A stretch of 64,000 nt of DNA, from IMG/VR virus record IMGVR_UViG_3300030376_007133; one strand, given 5' to 3'. This stretch comes from an uncultured virus (IMG/VR IMGVR_UViG_3300030376_007133). Its lineage: Duplodnaviria > Heunggongvirae > Uroviricota > Caudoviricetes. Shown one piece after another: positions 28,095 to 38,440 of the stretch. How positions within the stretch are numbered: position 1 is the stretch's first letter; the number at the start of each line of letters is the position of its first letter. The position numbers and the translations under genes are program-made. The notes below the pieces were generated by a model. That model saw nothing but the letters and a program-made list of their open reading frames with translations. It searched no databases and was not told the origin of the DNA.

Positions 28095-28968
28095 TCTTAG
28101 GCCATTCTCTATATGAATCAATCGTATCAGGCAAATCAAGGTTTTGTAAGATAGGTTCTTTACCTACGTTCCAGAATAGAATATCTTTCTTACCATCCTT
28201 CGGTATATATTTCCAGACTTTGCCATCGTAAGTATCTATAGTCGGGAATGGTGGCAAGTTTTCTTTCTTCTCAGAAGTAGTAAATGGTAATGGTTCTGAT
28301 ATAGGATCAGCTTTACCAAGTTCACCAGCTTTCATATTACGTGATACACAAACAGATATAAACTCAGCATTAGGCCAAGCTATTTGTAATCCCCGTGTGA
28401 GCACGCCCGTGGATGTGGCTGTGTACACCACTTCTGGTTCACGAATCTGCGATGCAGTCTTTACAATACCTGCCGTAACCATTTCATGTTTTAAACCAAG
28501 AGGTACAAAGAAAGTATTTTTATATTGGTCTGCCCAGTCTTTTGCAATCTTATTTAGATTAGGCATAGCAGCGATTCTATGAAATTCTGCCTTTGCGCCA
28601 CGTTCTATACAACAAGCCTGATGATCAGAAATACGTTTAGAAGATGGCATAAAAAGTTTTACGCTAAGATCATGCCTATTAGCAACATCAAGCAAACTAA
28701 CACCAGCGAGACCAGTGCGAGGTTGAACATAAACAATAGTATCGACCCTACTAGGGAGAAAAGAGATAAGACAATCTCCACCCCTACACTTACTACCAAC
28801 AAGATAATCATCACGAACAACACGAACATTATCAATTCTATCAACAACTGGTATACCGTAAGGATCCTTCCAATCCTTTGCTAAATCCAAATAATATTCT
28901 TTTGGATCTCCATATAATGGATGTATGTCTTTATTGACTCTGTCAACTACATGATTATTATGCGCCAA
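28084..28968 (-). CDS. Fold-type II PLP-dependent enzyme
   Basis: VVRDDYLVGSKCR (PLP Lys), ATSTGVL, YDGKVW, ILFWNVG. Confidence 0.75.
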   Translation of the reverse strand: MAHNNHVVDRVNKDIHPLYGDPKEYYLDLAKDWKDPYGIPVVDRIDNVRVVRDDYLVGSKCRGGDCLISFLPSRVDTIVYVQPRTGLAGVSLLDVANRHDLSVKLFMPSSKRISDHQACCIERGAKAEFHRIAAMPNLNKIAKDWADQYKNTFFVPLGLKHEMVTAGIVKTASQIREPEVVYTATSTGVLTRGLQIAWPNAEFISVCVSRNMKAGELGKADPISEPLPFTTSEKKENLPPFPTIDTYDGKVWKYIPKDGKKDILFWNVGKEPILQNLDLPDTIDSYREWPKNVE

Positions 28969-29908
28969 AGGGAGATACTCCCCAATCATTTCTACGATAA
29001 TAAGGTGGAGCTACATGAAAACTAGAACCATGTTCCATATGCGTGTTTGCATATTTCTCAGGATCCATAGTATACCATTCCTTTGGTGGCATTACAACTT
29101 TACCTTTTGCTTCATCATGTAGGATTTCAATAAACTGATTTGTAAGATCCCAACGTTCTTGCCAAGATCCATAGAAAGGTTCTTTCTTAAAATATCCTGA
29201 CTTAGGTATACGTCTACCTTCAAACTCTACTGGAACAGGAGCACAAAACCATACGTCATCACCAAGTTCATTGCCTTGACGTACATACTCTTTGATAGTA
29301 TACTTTAGACTAAAGTTATGATGACGAAGAATATGATGCCTAATATCAATAGATCCAAGACAAAGAGTAATCTTATCGTACTCGCCTTCAAGTTCAAAGC
29401 CTTTCTTAAGAGTTCCATATAATGTTTTACCATCGGTTCTAAATACCTTATCACCTTTACCACTAAATGCTATTGTATGTGAGTCACCATATATAACAGA
29501 ATTAGTTTTAAGATCTGCTTGTTTTAGTGATTTAATATTACTTATACGTTGTGATACTTTTTGACACCAATCGTAATCAATACCATTATATGTTGTAGCA
29601 TTACGAATACGCTTGGCAAGCATTGATCCATAGTCTGGCATATGCCAGTCAAGCGATACAACGTTTTTACAAGCCATAACAATATTGATCTTGTCAAAAA
29701 CTTCTTTAGTGGCACCACCGAATAAATTAAGTGTACCACCAAAGTTTGCACCATGATCTATATAAACTGTATCAGCACGTAAGATATCAGGTGTACATTT
29801 ATTATTAATAGATGCACCTAATTGTTCACTCCAAAGTTCAGCCCAACCTCTTGTATGAGATTTAGGATTCTTCGGTATATTCGATATCGGATTGGTTATA
29901 ACCATCAT
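28958..29908 (-). CDS. Fusion of beta-glucosyltransferase-N-like region and SGNH-like domain
   Basis: LNLFGG (cf. T4 BGT INFFGG); IYGDSH, LGSIDIRHH, distal SFH. Confidence 0.45.
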   Translation of the reverse strand: MMVITNPISNIPKNPKSHTRGWAELWSEQLGASINNKCTPDILRADTVYIDHGANFGGTLNLFGGATKEVFDKINIVMACKNVVSLDWHMPDYGSMLAKRIRNATTYNGIDYDWCQKVSQRISNIKSLKQADLKTNSVIYGDSHTIAFSGKGDKVFRTDGKTLYGTLKKGFELEGEYDKITLCLGSIDIRHHILRHHNFSLKYTIKEYVRQGNELGDDVWFCAPVPVEFEGRRIPKSGYFKKEPFYGSWQERWDLTNQFIEILHDEAKGKVVMPPKEWYTMDPEKYANTHMEHGSSFHVAPPYYRRNDWGVSPFGA

Positions 29909-30347
29909 ACTTCACAAAGTCCCATTTTACTCCAGCCTCTTTAAATATTCGTCTACTTTGAATCCATGAATCAAGCCACCGGTCTGTAATCTTTTGATGA
30001 GGCATCACAACTCGGCTAACGCCGACTTGAACAACGCCGAGGGAGCAAGATTTACAGACCGGTAACCCATACACGTACAAGGTGGAGTTATCGAGGGAGA
30101 CACCATTGTACGATGCATTGTAAATTACATTCATTTCTGCGTGAACGATGTAATTATATTTTTGTTCTCGATCATCTAGACGCTCATTGCTATCTACTAT
30201 GTTTCGAGGAAATCCATTATAGCCGCAAGATAATACTTGTCCTTTATCACCTATGGCAACCGCACCAATTTTACTTGATGGATCTTTAGACCAGCTGGAA
30301 AGTTGTTTGGCTAACTCTAGATATCGTATGTCCCATTTATTTGACAA
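29862..30347 (-). CDS. cd: dCMP deaminase
   Basis: WSKDPS, GYNGFPR, HAEMN, PVCKSC. Confidence 0.92.
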   Translation of the reverse strand: MSNKWDIRYLELAKQLSSWSKDPSSKIGAVAIGDKGQVLSCGYNGFPRNIVDSNERLDDREQKYNYIVHAEMNVIYNASYNGVSLDNSTLYVYGLPVCKSCSLGVVQVGVSRVVMPHQKITDRWLDSWIQSRRIFKEAGVKWDFVKYDGYNQSDIEYTEES

Positions 30348-31023
30348 GTTTAAAATGCCTTTCATATACGTGAAGATTCTGAACCTGCCAATGAATAAAA
30401 CCAGATTCTATTTCTTCGCCTCTGCTAAAACTAATGTCTGATGCTAATTTTCTTAACACAAACTCTTGCCAAGCATAATCATTCTTATAACCAAATACTA
30501 CATCATTTGAACGCATTTGTACAACACAATCTAATCTGTTATCTCTTATATAATAAGTAACAGCATTTGTGCAGATAAAATCATTCTTATCGTTTTCGTT
30601 ATATTCTTTCCATATGCTCGGACGATTATATATCATTGTACCACGTCTACTATCTGGATTATTCAATAGTTCGTCTAATACTTGATCATACTGTTGGTAA
30701 AACTTTGGACTATAAATGAGATGACCGTAATTAGAATTAATCTCGCCATGCTCATTAGCAGCATATTGCCATGCTTGAGGTGGCTTTTGCTGACCAATTC
30801 CATAGATATCATTTATGTTAGTTGATTGATTTTCATACCATGTGATTTCTGCATCTACATAGTATTGATTGACTTCGCCAAAAATAACCGGTTCGTCAGC
30901 AATGAAATTAGCTCCAATAAGTTCAATTGTCTTTTGACCGGTTTTATCCATAGTAAATGCTTCATCGTTTAATTCACCAATAAAAAATTTACGTATGTCA
31001 GTTACGCTTGGAAGGTACATCAC
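30337..31023 (-). CDS. gp42: dCMP hydroxymethylase (thymidylate synthase fold)
   Basis: INSNYG, DFICTN, MRSNDVVFGYKNDYAWQ with cytosine-specifying Asp, LHVYERHF. Confidence 0.85.
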   Translation of the reverse strand: MMYLPSVTDIRKFFIGELNDEAFTMDKTGQKTIELIGANFIADEPVIFGEVNQYYVDAEITWYENQSTNINDIYGIGQQKPPQAWQYAANEHGEINSNYGHLIYSPKFYQQYDQVLDELLNNPDSRRGTMIYNRPSIWKEYNENDKNDFICTNAVTYYIRDNRLDCVVQMRSNDVVFGYKNDYAWQEFVLRKLASDISFSRGEEIESGFIHWQVQNLHVYERHFKLVK

Positions 31024-31420
31024 AAACTCTCTTTCTCAAATCGCTACTACTAAAGCGATGGTCCCTCTTATTAAAATATATCTGAATGCCACGATTACGA
31101 CATTCATCCTTACCAGTAAAATCCTTTAGCCGATACTCTTCACCAAGGATTCTGACGTCAATAGGATACATGTTTATTATATCAAGTAAATCACGTTCTG
31201 TACAATAAACAACTACCTCATCAACATATTTAACGGCATGCAATTGTGCTTGCCTTTCTACAATAGTTTGGACCGGAGGATTTTTATCACTCCGGTCCAA
31301 GGACGGATCGACTTGCAAGGCTGCAATCAAGTAGTCACACTGAGATTTAGCTTCTCGAAGCATGCTTACATGACCAGCATGAAGGAGGTCGAAGGTGCTA
31401 GCCGTCAGTCCTATTCGCAT
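30998..31420 (-). CDS. TagD-like cytidylyltransferase
   Basis: TASTFDLLHAGH, KYVDEV, RFSSSDLR. Confidence 0.85.
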   Translation of the reverse strand: MRIGLTASTFDLLHAGHVSMLREAKSQCDYLIAALQVDPSLDRSDKNPPVQTIVERQAQLHAVKYVDEVVVYCTERDLLDIINMYPIDVRILGEEYRLKDFTGKDECRNRGIQIYFNKRDHRFSSSDLRKRVCDVPSKRN

Positions 31421-31748
31421 TCTTATCTCTATTCAAAAAGTCACGAGTTGGATCTTGTCCGTCAATACCACCGCGTGCATACGCAACGGCAAAAGACGAA
31501 TAGTTAATTAGATCTTTAAGTGAGTCCTCAATGGACTCAAAGTTTGGTTCATAATCAGGATCATTCTCCATTGCTTCGAGAACTGACCATAATCGAATAG
31601 TTTTTGTATTGATTAATTCCATAATGGACATTACACCACGTGGATAATAATCAGCTTGTTTGATACGTGAATTAGGGTTTTGGTAATCACGTGATTTTCT
31701 ATCTTGAATCTCTGCACACTCTTGCAGGACTTTGATTGATTCTTTCAT
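31398..31748 (-). CDS. Nucleotide-modification-associated domain 1 (DUF1599-like)
   Basis: KSRDY...ESIEDSLKDLINY. Confidence 0.7.
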   Translation of the reverse strand: MKESIKVLQECAEIQDRKSRDYQNPNSRIKQADYYPRGVMSIMELINTKTIRLWSVLEAMENDPDYEPNFESIEDSLKDLINYSSFAVAYARGGIDGQDPTRDFLNRDKNANRTDG

Positions 31749-31769
31749 ATTGACCTCTTTTCTAAATAC

Positions 31770-31798
31770 ATTCTATCACATTTAAAAGCGTTTGTACA
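31770..31798 (-). promoter_or_regulatory. Promoter TGTACA-N17-TAGAAT heading the modification operon
   Basis: Exact spacing; GAGG RBS before ATG 31748. Confidence 0.7.
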
Positions 31799-31801
31799 CA
31801 G

Positions 31802-32350
31802 TTATTTTCGAAAAAATTGATAATTCTGATCCATTCTTGTTCCGCGTATTTCTTCAAGAGCTTTATCAAGATCGTAGTCTTGTGGATTGTCGTCAAAAGG
31901 AAATGGAAATCTCATATTTTTTCTTCCTTTTGAATCGAATGTTCCATCATGCTTTAATCTTTTTACGGCTTCTTTGGCATCAACGTAGTCAAGTATTTTA
32001 TATTGTACCATATCGTTTAATCGCAAAATTTTATGTGGTTTCTTTAGCCACGTCCATACTCCGAATTTTTGTATTTTACCTTCTAATACTAATCCTTTAA
32101 TATAATCTGATACTTTTACGCCATATTTAGAATCTAGTTTATAGTCAATATTACCCATAAACTTATGAATTGTATCCCATTCATATGGGTGTTCATGTAA
32201 TGTTTGATATGGATCTACCTTTGATTGATGCCATTCTGGAAACTCACAGTCCCATTGAAAATATGGATCTACAGTTGTACGTTTATCTTCAGCAACACGT
32301 TCATCACGTCTTTCAATAAACTCTTTTGCAACTTTACCTTTAAAAATCAT
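31802..32350 (-). CDS. Hypothetical protein
   Basis: Overlapping ORF; possible D..DYK nuclease-like motif. Confidence 0.55.
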   Translation of the reverse strand: MIFKGKVAKEFIERRDERVAEDKRTTVDPYFQWDCEFPEWHQSKVDPYQTLHEHPYEWDTIHKFMGNIDYKLDSKYGVKVSDYIKGLVLEGKIQKFGVWTWLKKPHKILRLNDMVQYKILDYVDAKEAVKRLKHDGTFDSKGRKNMRFPFPFDDNPQDYDLDKALEEIRGTRMDQNYQFFRK

Positions 32351-32693
32351 TGCCCATAAACCCCACTGATTCTCTTACAATATCTTTGTGAGCAAATTCT
32401 GCCCAATACAATTCAAATGCAACTCCGTCTTCAATGCATTCAAACTTATGATATAGACCTGGTTTTACTTTTGTGTAATCACCTGGATATAATATAGTCT
32501 CGTCACATAAGTCATAATCTTTTTGCCATACTTTAATACGCATAGTACCTGACTCACAATAGAAACCATTCCATTTATATTCATGTAAGTGTTTAGAACA
32601 AACACCACCTTTTTTCATTTCAATTCTATGAAACTCTAAAACTCCATTAGCTTCAACGAGTTCAGTAGTTCCCCATACTTTACCAGCTATCAT
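32340..32693 (-). CDS. Cupin (sugar isomerase-like)
   Basis: GKVWG, CSKHLHEYK, PGLYHKF. Confidence 0.75.
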   Translation of the reverse strand: MIAGKVWGTTELVEANGVLEFHRIEMKKGGVCSKHLHEYKWNGFYCESGTMRIKVWQKDYDLCDETILYPGDYTKVKPGLYHKFECIEDGVAFELYWAEFAHKDIVRESVGFMGNDF

Positions 32694-32845
32694 GTATCAT
32701 CTGCCTTAAATTCTTTAATACGTATATAAGCTTCGTTTAATTGCTTTTGTAAATCACGTACATTTCGTTTCAATATTTCTATTTCATCAGCTTGAGCTAC
32801 AATCATTTTTCGATTCTTCTCAGCTTCCATTTCATCAGGTAACAT
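32690..32845 (-). CDS. 51-aa coiled-coil protein (not in ORF track)
   Basis: MLPDEMEAEKNRK...LQKQLNEAYIRIKEF; fills gap with coupled ends. Confidence 0.55.
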   Translation of the reverse strand: MLPDEMEAEKNRKMIVAQADEIEILKRNVRDLQKQLNEAYIRIKEFKADDT

Positions 32846-33174
32846 TACTCAGTCCTTGTAAAATATGGTTTACGACAAATAGTTCTACCTGAAGATAGTT
32901 GACGAGAACAACGCCAGTCTGCGGTATCTTCCCATTTCCAATCAGGTCCTCTGAACCATGGCTTTCTTTTTAGAAACTCTCTCATCTCAGCAACTTCTAT
33001 TTCTTGTTCTTGCGTACGATATTTTTGTACACAAGCTGCTGCCTTACTATAGTTATATGTTTCAAAACTATTGTTATTATAATCTTTCATACAGTCTTTA
33101 ATAAAAGTATTATCAGCCATCACCATAGAAGATGTACACATAATAATAATTGCAAACATTACATATTTCATCAT
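32845..33174 (-). CDS. Secreted Cys-containing hypothetical protein
   Basis: Signal peptide; 4 Cys in mature part. Confidence 0.55.
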   Translation of the reverse strand: MMKYVMFAIIIMCTSSMVMADNTFIKDCMKDYNNNSFETYNYSKAAACVQKYRTQEQEIEVAEMREFLKRKPWFRGPDWKWEDTADWRCSRQLSSGRTICRKPYFTRTE

Positions 33175-34106
33175 ATCTTTCCATTTCTCATAATATATTC
33201 CAATGCTCTATCAGCCTCAGTTTCCATTGGTCTGCTTTCGTACCAATTACCATTCTCTTGATCAAACTGTTTACATAAATTTGCTATCTCGAATGCTTGA
33301 ATCGGATAACCACGATAAGTGGCATTACCTGCAATCTTCACCATAATGGCATACATCTTAGCATACCAACCAGTGCCACTAATAGTTTGATATTCTGCAG
33401 CTAAGTCTTTTGGCCAGAATGGACAATCTCTATAACCAGACCAAGAATAAGTTGTATTAGTTAACTTATTTTGTTTATATTCTAGTACAGCAGCTTGTAA
33501 TTCTGGCGGTAATCTATCTAAAAAGTTTTTAGAGTCTCTGCTACGGTCGTAAGGCCATTTGGCCATAAGATGATCAACGTCAATAGGATTCCCGATATTA
33601 TCGAAAATAAAGTTGTTAGCACCAGCATATTTCGCTGGTATGTAATACATCCTTGATAGATCTTTAGTCTGTGCATCTCCAATATCTTCGAGTTGTTTGT
33701 TGAGTGACCACCAGAAGTGCTTAATCTCAGATTGTTCAACCTGTCGTTCAAGCTCAAAGACAAGTCTGAACTTCGGCTGATCGAGTGTAGAGCTGGCAGT
33801 ACTATAGCAAATAAAATTATAATTACCAAAACGCTTAACCAAATCATCTTTTAAATCTCCTTCGAATTCATAATCGTCAACATCAACAGCAGCCCAACCT
33901 GCCCAAGCCAAAACATTTCTGTTCGCCCGAGTTGTGCCATCCACGTAAGTAGCCGGTGATATAAGCTCAGCATCTTTTTTACCTTTTCTTTCTTGTTTAC
34001 TTAAATCAAATAGCAAATGTTTAAAGTCATCCCACGAATGGAATGACATTTTCCTATGAGTTTTATTGTCAAACGTACTCTTAAAGAGCGTTAGGGAAGT
34101 CTCCAT
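33171..34106 (-). CDS. AEP-superfamily primase-like protein
   Basis: ISPATY, RANRNV, AVDVDD, YSTASS, KFRLVF, KDLSRMYY. Confidence 0.7.
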   Translation of the reverse strand: METSLTLFKSTFDNKTHRKMSFHSWDDFKHLLFDLSKQERKGKKDAELISPATYVDGTTRANRNVLAWAGWAAVDVDDYEFEGDLKDDLVKRFGNYNFICYSTASSTLDQPKFRLVFELERQVEQSEIKHFWWSLNKQLEDIGDAQTKDLSRMYYIPAKYAGANNFIFDNIGNPIDVDHLMAKWPYDRSRDSKNFLDRLPPELQAAVLEYKQNKLTNTTYSWSGYRDCPFWPKDLAAEYQTISGTGWYAKMYAIMVKIAGNATYRGYPIQAFEIANLCKQFDQENGNWYESRPMETEADRALEYIMRNGKI

Positions 34107-34494
34107 GGTTATCCTCATGCGATGGTGCCTGCCAGTCTTCAGGCTTCAATAGATCAGGTAATCCAAAAGGATTTGGCCTACCTGGTTTTATTCCTGGTTC
34201 TTTTGAAATATTTGCTTTATAAATTTCGTCCCATGCTTTATTGGCATCCACACCAAAAACGTCAAGAGTGCCAATAGCGAAAACACAAAGATCAATAAGA
34301 CCATCAACGATTTCTTCAGGATCTCCTTTTTTAAAAGCATCACACGTTTCATCCAATTCCTCGCGTACCATTCCTAATCTAAAGAGAAGATAGTTTTGCA
34401 TCTTAACTTTGTCATCTTTATTTTTTTCAAACCAGTCATTCACGCCAAACTTAGCATGCATATCACTGATGTCTTTTACCCAATTTTCACTCAT
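34081..34494 (-). CDS. MazG/PRA-PH-like NTP pyrophosphohydrolase
   Basis: REELDE...EEIVDGLID...ANISK...KPEDW. Confidence 0.8.
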   Translation of the reverse strand: MSENWVKDISDMHAKFGVNDWFEKNKDDKVKMQNYLLFRLGMVREELDETCDAFKKGDPEEIVDGLIDLCVFAIGTLDVFGVDANKAWDEIYKANISKEPGIKPGRPNPFGLPDLLKPEDWQAPSHEDNHGDFPNAL

Positions 34495-34499
34495 AATAT

Positions 34500-34528
34500 A
34501 TTATACTCCATTTTCAATCTTTTGTAAA
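34500..34528 (-). promoter_or_regulatory. Promoter TTTACA-N17-TATAAT (leaderless geometry)
   Basis: -10 ends 5 nt before ATG 34494. Confidence 0.6.
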
Positions 34529-35235
34529 CACTTATATGTGTCTTCCCATGAATTAACTTCTACTACTTCACCACCCTTATCACGTAACTTACGAGCAATC
34601 TCAAAATCGTTTCCACCTTCTTCAGTCTTATCACCAAAGTATACTACTTTAGTAGCATCAAAGTTTTTTACGATTTGTTCTTTACCATTACCGTGAGGAG
34701 TGATGTCTATGCCGGTTTCACCAGCTACTGTTGCTATTACTAGATCAGCACTTATATCCCACCATTCTTGCTTATACCATCTTTCATTGAATCTTTCTGC
34801 AATGCCTTCTCTTTCTTTATTAGCTTCATCCCATTGCATATAATTTTCTCTACCGTCTGGACCACCTTTGCGACCTAGCACACTAAAGTTTAGTAAACCT
34901 GTACGCTGATCAAAATGATCACCTGTCTTACTCATAAAATTTGAATTACTCAACTCAGCTAGTAACCACCAACGATGTTTATCTGGTAATGTCCAGTCAT
35001 TTTTATGCAATTCTCTATCACCTTGGAATACGTGATTACCTGAACATTGATAAACTTTAACACACAGATTATAGATCTCTTCAGGTATTTGTTCTAATGT
35101 CTTTTCTCTATCAGAACCTGTGATTAAATAACATTCGTGCTTCATTACAAACTTAACAAAAAACTCAGCAAACTTCTGATCCATCTTACCACGACTTGGT
35201 GTAAGTGTACCATCAACGTCAAAAATATAAATCAT
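34501..35235 (-). CDS. HAD-IIB phosphomannomutase-like protein
   Basis: [32 protein letters not shown]. Confidence 0.85.
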   Translation of the reverse strand: MIYIFDVDGTLTPSRGKMDQKFAEFFVKFVMKHECYLITGSDREKTLEQIPEEIYNLCVKVYQCSGNHVFQGDRELHKNDWTLPDKHRWWLLAELSNSNFMSKTGDHFDQRTGLLNFSVLGRKGGPDGRENYMQWDEANKEREGIAERFNERWYKQEWWDISADLVIATVAGETGIDITPHGNGKEQIVKNFDATKVVYFGDKTEEGGNDFEIARKLRDKGGEVVEVNSWEDTYKCLQKIENGV

Positions 35236-37728
35236 CCGAAAAAATCCTCCAATGTGTTTTTCTGTTCGACCGACCAGCCGACAGCGTCAAGAATCGGTAA
35301 GAGAGGTTCAATAAATGTTTTGTCAAACTGTTTGTTATAATCCACATAATTATGTAAGCCAAGACTCTCAGGTAAATAACCTGGAAACGCAATCACATTT
35401 TCTTTGATCGGATTAGGCATACGCATNNNNNNNNNNACAAAACTTTATCTTCTCTCCGTTTTGAATTAGTGGGTACATTTTGCCAAGAGATTTCTCCTTA
35501 ATCGAATGATTATACATGATAGACCCACGTACGTGGATAGGTGTGCCCTTGGCATACAATGTACTTTTACGAGACCATTTAGTCAAATCCTTTACGCCTC
35601 GTGGAAACGAAACTTCTTCGGGAGGCAATGACGTAAATGCTTTACGAAAATCTGCAATAAACCTTTGAGTTTTATTCTCATCGCCTTCGATAATAATCTT
35701 AAACATCTCTTTGAATTTAGTACGTACAACTTCTGGAGTTGAAGACTTAATTGCCTCAATGCCCATGATCTTAAGTTTTGGTTCGGCATATTGTACACCT
35801 TCTGAGTTGTGCACATTTAGAATATATCTTTTCTTTGCCGTCCATATACCACGATTTGCAATAACCTCACGCGCCATAACCATACGGTTTGTATGAGCCT
35901 GTTGCTTATCAAATAGTTCAGCATAAGATTTCTCTAAGACTTTTTCGAAATGCTCAGAACAAATCTTGTCAAGTGCTACTACTGGATCTTTAGGATTTAG
36001 TTGCTTGACTAACGGACCCATGTTAATGTACAACGAATCTGTATCCATGGCAATTACATAATCACGAGCTTCTGTTTTAAGGATACGATTCATCTCTTTG
36101 TTCATAGCTTTCTCAGCCCACATGATAGACAGCTGACCGGATAAAGTAATACCTTCGGCCATACGCATATCAAAGTAACGGAAGTGTTTATTACCGAGTG
36201 CGCCATAAAGTGAGTTCAAGAGAATCTTAATAGCCATTTGCTGATTCTCAAGTTGATTGATTTCTTTCTCGAGATGGAACGTTTTCTCTTTCTGATACTC
36301 ACGTTCTTTGGAAAGCATTTGCTTTTTGACTTCGGAACGTTCGGCATAATAATCTATAATAATCTGAGGTAAGATGCCTTGATAAGATTTATCATAAGTA
36401 GAACCATTGGCAGCGATTGCAATATTCTGTTCTCGGAAGTTACGTGGAACCGGATCAGACTCAAGATAACCTAGTACACCATTAGGTGCTCGAGCTTCAG
36501 TAATAGTTTCAGGTGACATATTGTATTGTACAATAAGATTAGGATATAGAGAATTAAGATCGAACGATACAACCCAATCGTGTGAACCAACATATGGGTC
36601 TTTTACATAGCCGCCTGGATATGGGATTTTATCCTTTACTTCATTAGGCGGAACAATAATATTCTTTTTGTTAAGTTCACGATATATGATAGAATCCCAT
36701 ATAGCCGTCGTACCCATCGTATCAGCTAAAGTTACTCCACCTTTATATGCCACTGTAAGTGCAAGGTTGATAAGACCCATCTTGTCATCGATACGTTGAA
36801 CAAGTTGAACATCTTTGATATTATAGTCGATAAATTTTTGATGATCGTTTTTATAGAGCGTATGAAGACTACCATGTTCCTCATAGGATAACTTCTTCTC
36901 ACCGAGTACCGTATAACCGATGTGATCAAGTTTATATGATTCTTGAGCACCATAGGAATAACCGAACTTCTTGAACAATTCAAGATAGTCACCTTGTTCG
37001 ATGCCAAATATTTTATACGTACCAGACTTAGTTATGTCGGTGTCAACTATATTCCATGGCGATAATCGTTTAGCGGCTTGCTCAGAACCAATTCGAGTTA
37101 ATCTTTTAATTAAGTACGGTATATCAAAATATCGACAATTCCAGCCAGTAACTACATCAGGATAATTGTCAGACCAGTACTTAAGGAAACTGGCAAGCAT
37201 AGCTTCTTCCGAATCAAACTTTTTATATTGAATTAGATCGCCATGCATTTCTATTTCACATTTTTCTACGTCATAATCACCTAGACCCCACACATGATAT
37301 ATGGAAGACTTACTGGATTTAAGAGCAATAGAAATGATTGGATGTAATGCTTCTTCTGGTTCAGGGAATCCATCGTCAGAGGCAACCTCAATATCGAAGT
37401 TAACTACATTGATATGAGCTGGATTAAACTTAATATTGTCTGGCCACTTATCAGCAATGAATTGTGTTGGCCACCGGTCCATACCATAGATTTTAAACTC
37501 AGGAATTTCTTGGTAACGTTTCATAAATTGTTTAGCTTCGCTCATACTATCAAATTTAATAGGAGCTACCGGAGTACCATCAAGAGCGAGGAATGGCGAT
37601 TCATCGTTAGACTTGATATACAACTTCGGTTGAAATTTTACTTTAGATTGAATTGGTGCGCCTGAATCATTATATCCACGATATAGGATTTGATTCATGT
37701 GACGATTTACTGATGTATAGAATGACAA
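35232..37728 (-). CDS. gp43: Family B DNA polymerase (one gene across N gap 35427-35436)
   Basis: FDIEV exonuclease, [27 protein letters not shown]-terminal LEDFFG clamp-binding peptide. Confidence 0.95.
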
Positions 37729-37751
37729 AAGATACCTCCGCGTATGGAGTC

Positions 37752-37785
37752 ATTATATCACGAAAAAAGGGGGTTGTACACCCCC
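37752..37785 (-). promoter_or_regulatory. gp43 promoter TGTACA-N17-TATAAT with -35 in the loop of a terminator hairpin
   Basis: GGGGG-TGTACAA-CCCCC-T6. Confidence 0.7.
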
Positions 37786-37791
37786 GTTTTG

Positions 37792-37995
37792 TTATTGTGG
37801 AAAATATTTATTTAGCATTTCAACTTGATCATTATATCTTGCAATCTCATCTAGTTCTTGTTCAATTGCTTCTATGATATCTGGATGCTCACCCACTCCA
37901 ACTGGGTTATTCAGATATACTTCAATATTTGCTTTATGCTTTGATATGTGACCATTGGCGTGTGCTTTGAGTGCTTCGAGTAGCTGTAGTCTCAT
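37792..37995 (-). CDS. Conserved hypothetical protein
   Basis: KHKANIEVYLNNPVGVGEHPDI; AGGAG RBS. Confidence 0.7.
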   Translation of the reverse strand: MRLQLLEALKAHANGHISKHKANIEVYLNNPVGVGEHPDIIEAIEQELDEIARYNDQVEMLNKYFPQ

Positions 37996-38035
37996 TGTTT
38001 CTCCTGTAGGCTGAAGGGGCTTTCGCCCCATCAGA

Positions 38036-38206
38036 TTATTGTAGCTTAGATAACTCTAGCATTACTTTCTTGGCTTCCTTGTGGTAGCCTTGCCTTGTAA
38101 GTTCCGCCGCCGCTCTGGAGTAGCCAATCACTTGGACCGTACGTCCTAATGCCGACCACAAGCCAGACAAGGGCGAAAACGCATAAGATAGAATTGCTGT
38201 TGTCAT
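38036..38206 (-). CDS. 56-aa protein (not in ORF track)
   Basis: MTTAILSY...GYSRAAAELTRQGYHKEAK; starts right after the DUF1127 stop; followed by GGGGC-GAAA-GCCCC hairpin. Confidence 0.6.
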   Translation of the reverse strand: MTTAILSYAFSPLSGLWSALGRTVQVIGYSRAAAELTRQGYHKEAKKVMLELSKLQ

Positions 38207-38440
38207 TTACACGAACCCCCGTAAGTTTGGGTTTACTAAACCCTCTTTTTGAGGTTCCACATCAGGAACTCTTTTCTTGGCATCTTTCCATGCTAAATGC
38301 CGGATTTCTCCTCTTGCAATACCAATGTCCATAAGTTCTCTATTTGATAGCTTGTATAGTTCATTGATAGTATCTAGTGCTAATTTACGACGACGATATT
38401 TAGTCGCCAGACTCTGTAAGAAATTGTTTAGTGTTTTCAT
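38207..38440 (-). CDS. DUF1127 (YjiS-like) protein
   Basis: TINELYKLSNRELMDIGIARGEI. Confidence 0.85.
   Translation of the reverse strand: MKTLNNFLQSLATKYRRRKLALDTINELYKLSNRELMDIGIARGEIRHLAWKDAKKRVPDVEPQKEGLVNPNLRGFV

Noticed and set aside
30337..31023. Ordinary thymidylate synthase ThyA
   Set aside because: Motifs match T4 gp42 including the specificity Asp, and thyX is present
35232..35440. Split DNA polymerase (gp43A/B), intron or frameshift
   Set aside because: The break coincides with a 10-N placeholder; GEKIKFC and MRMPNP join naturally
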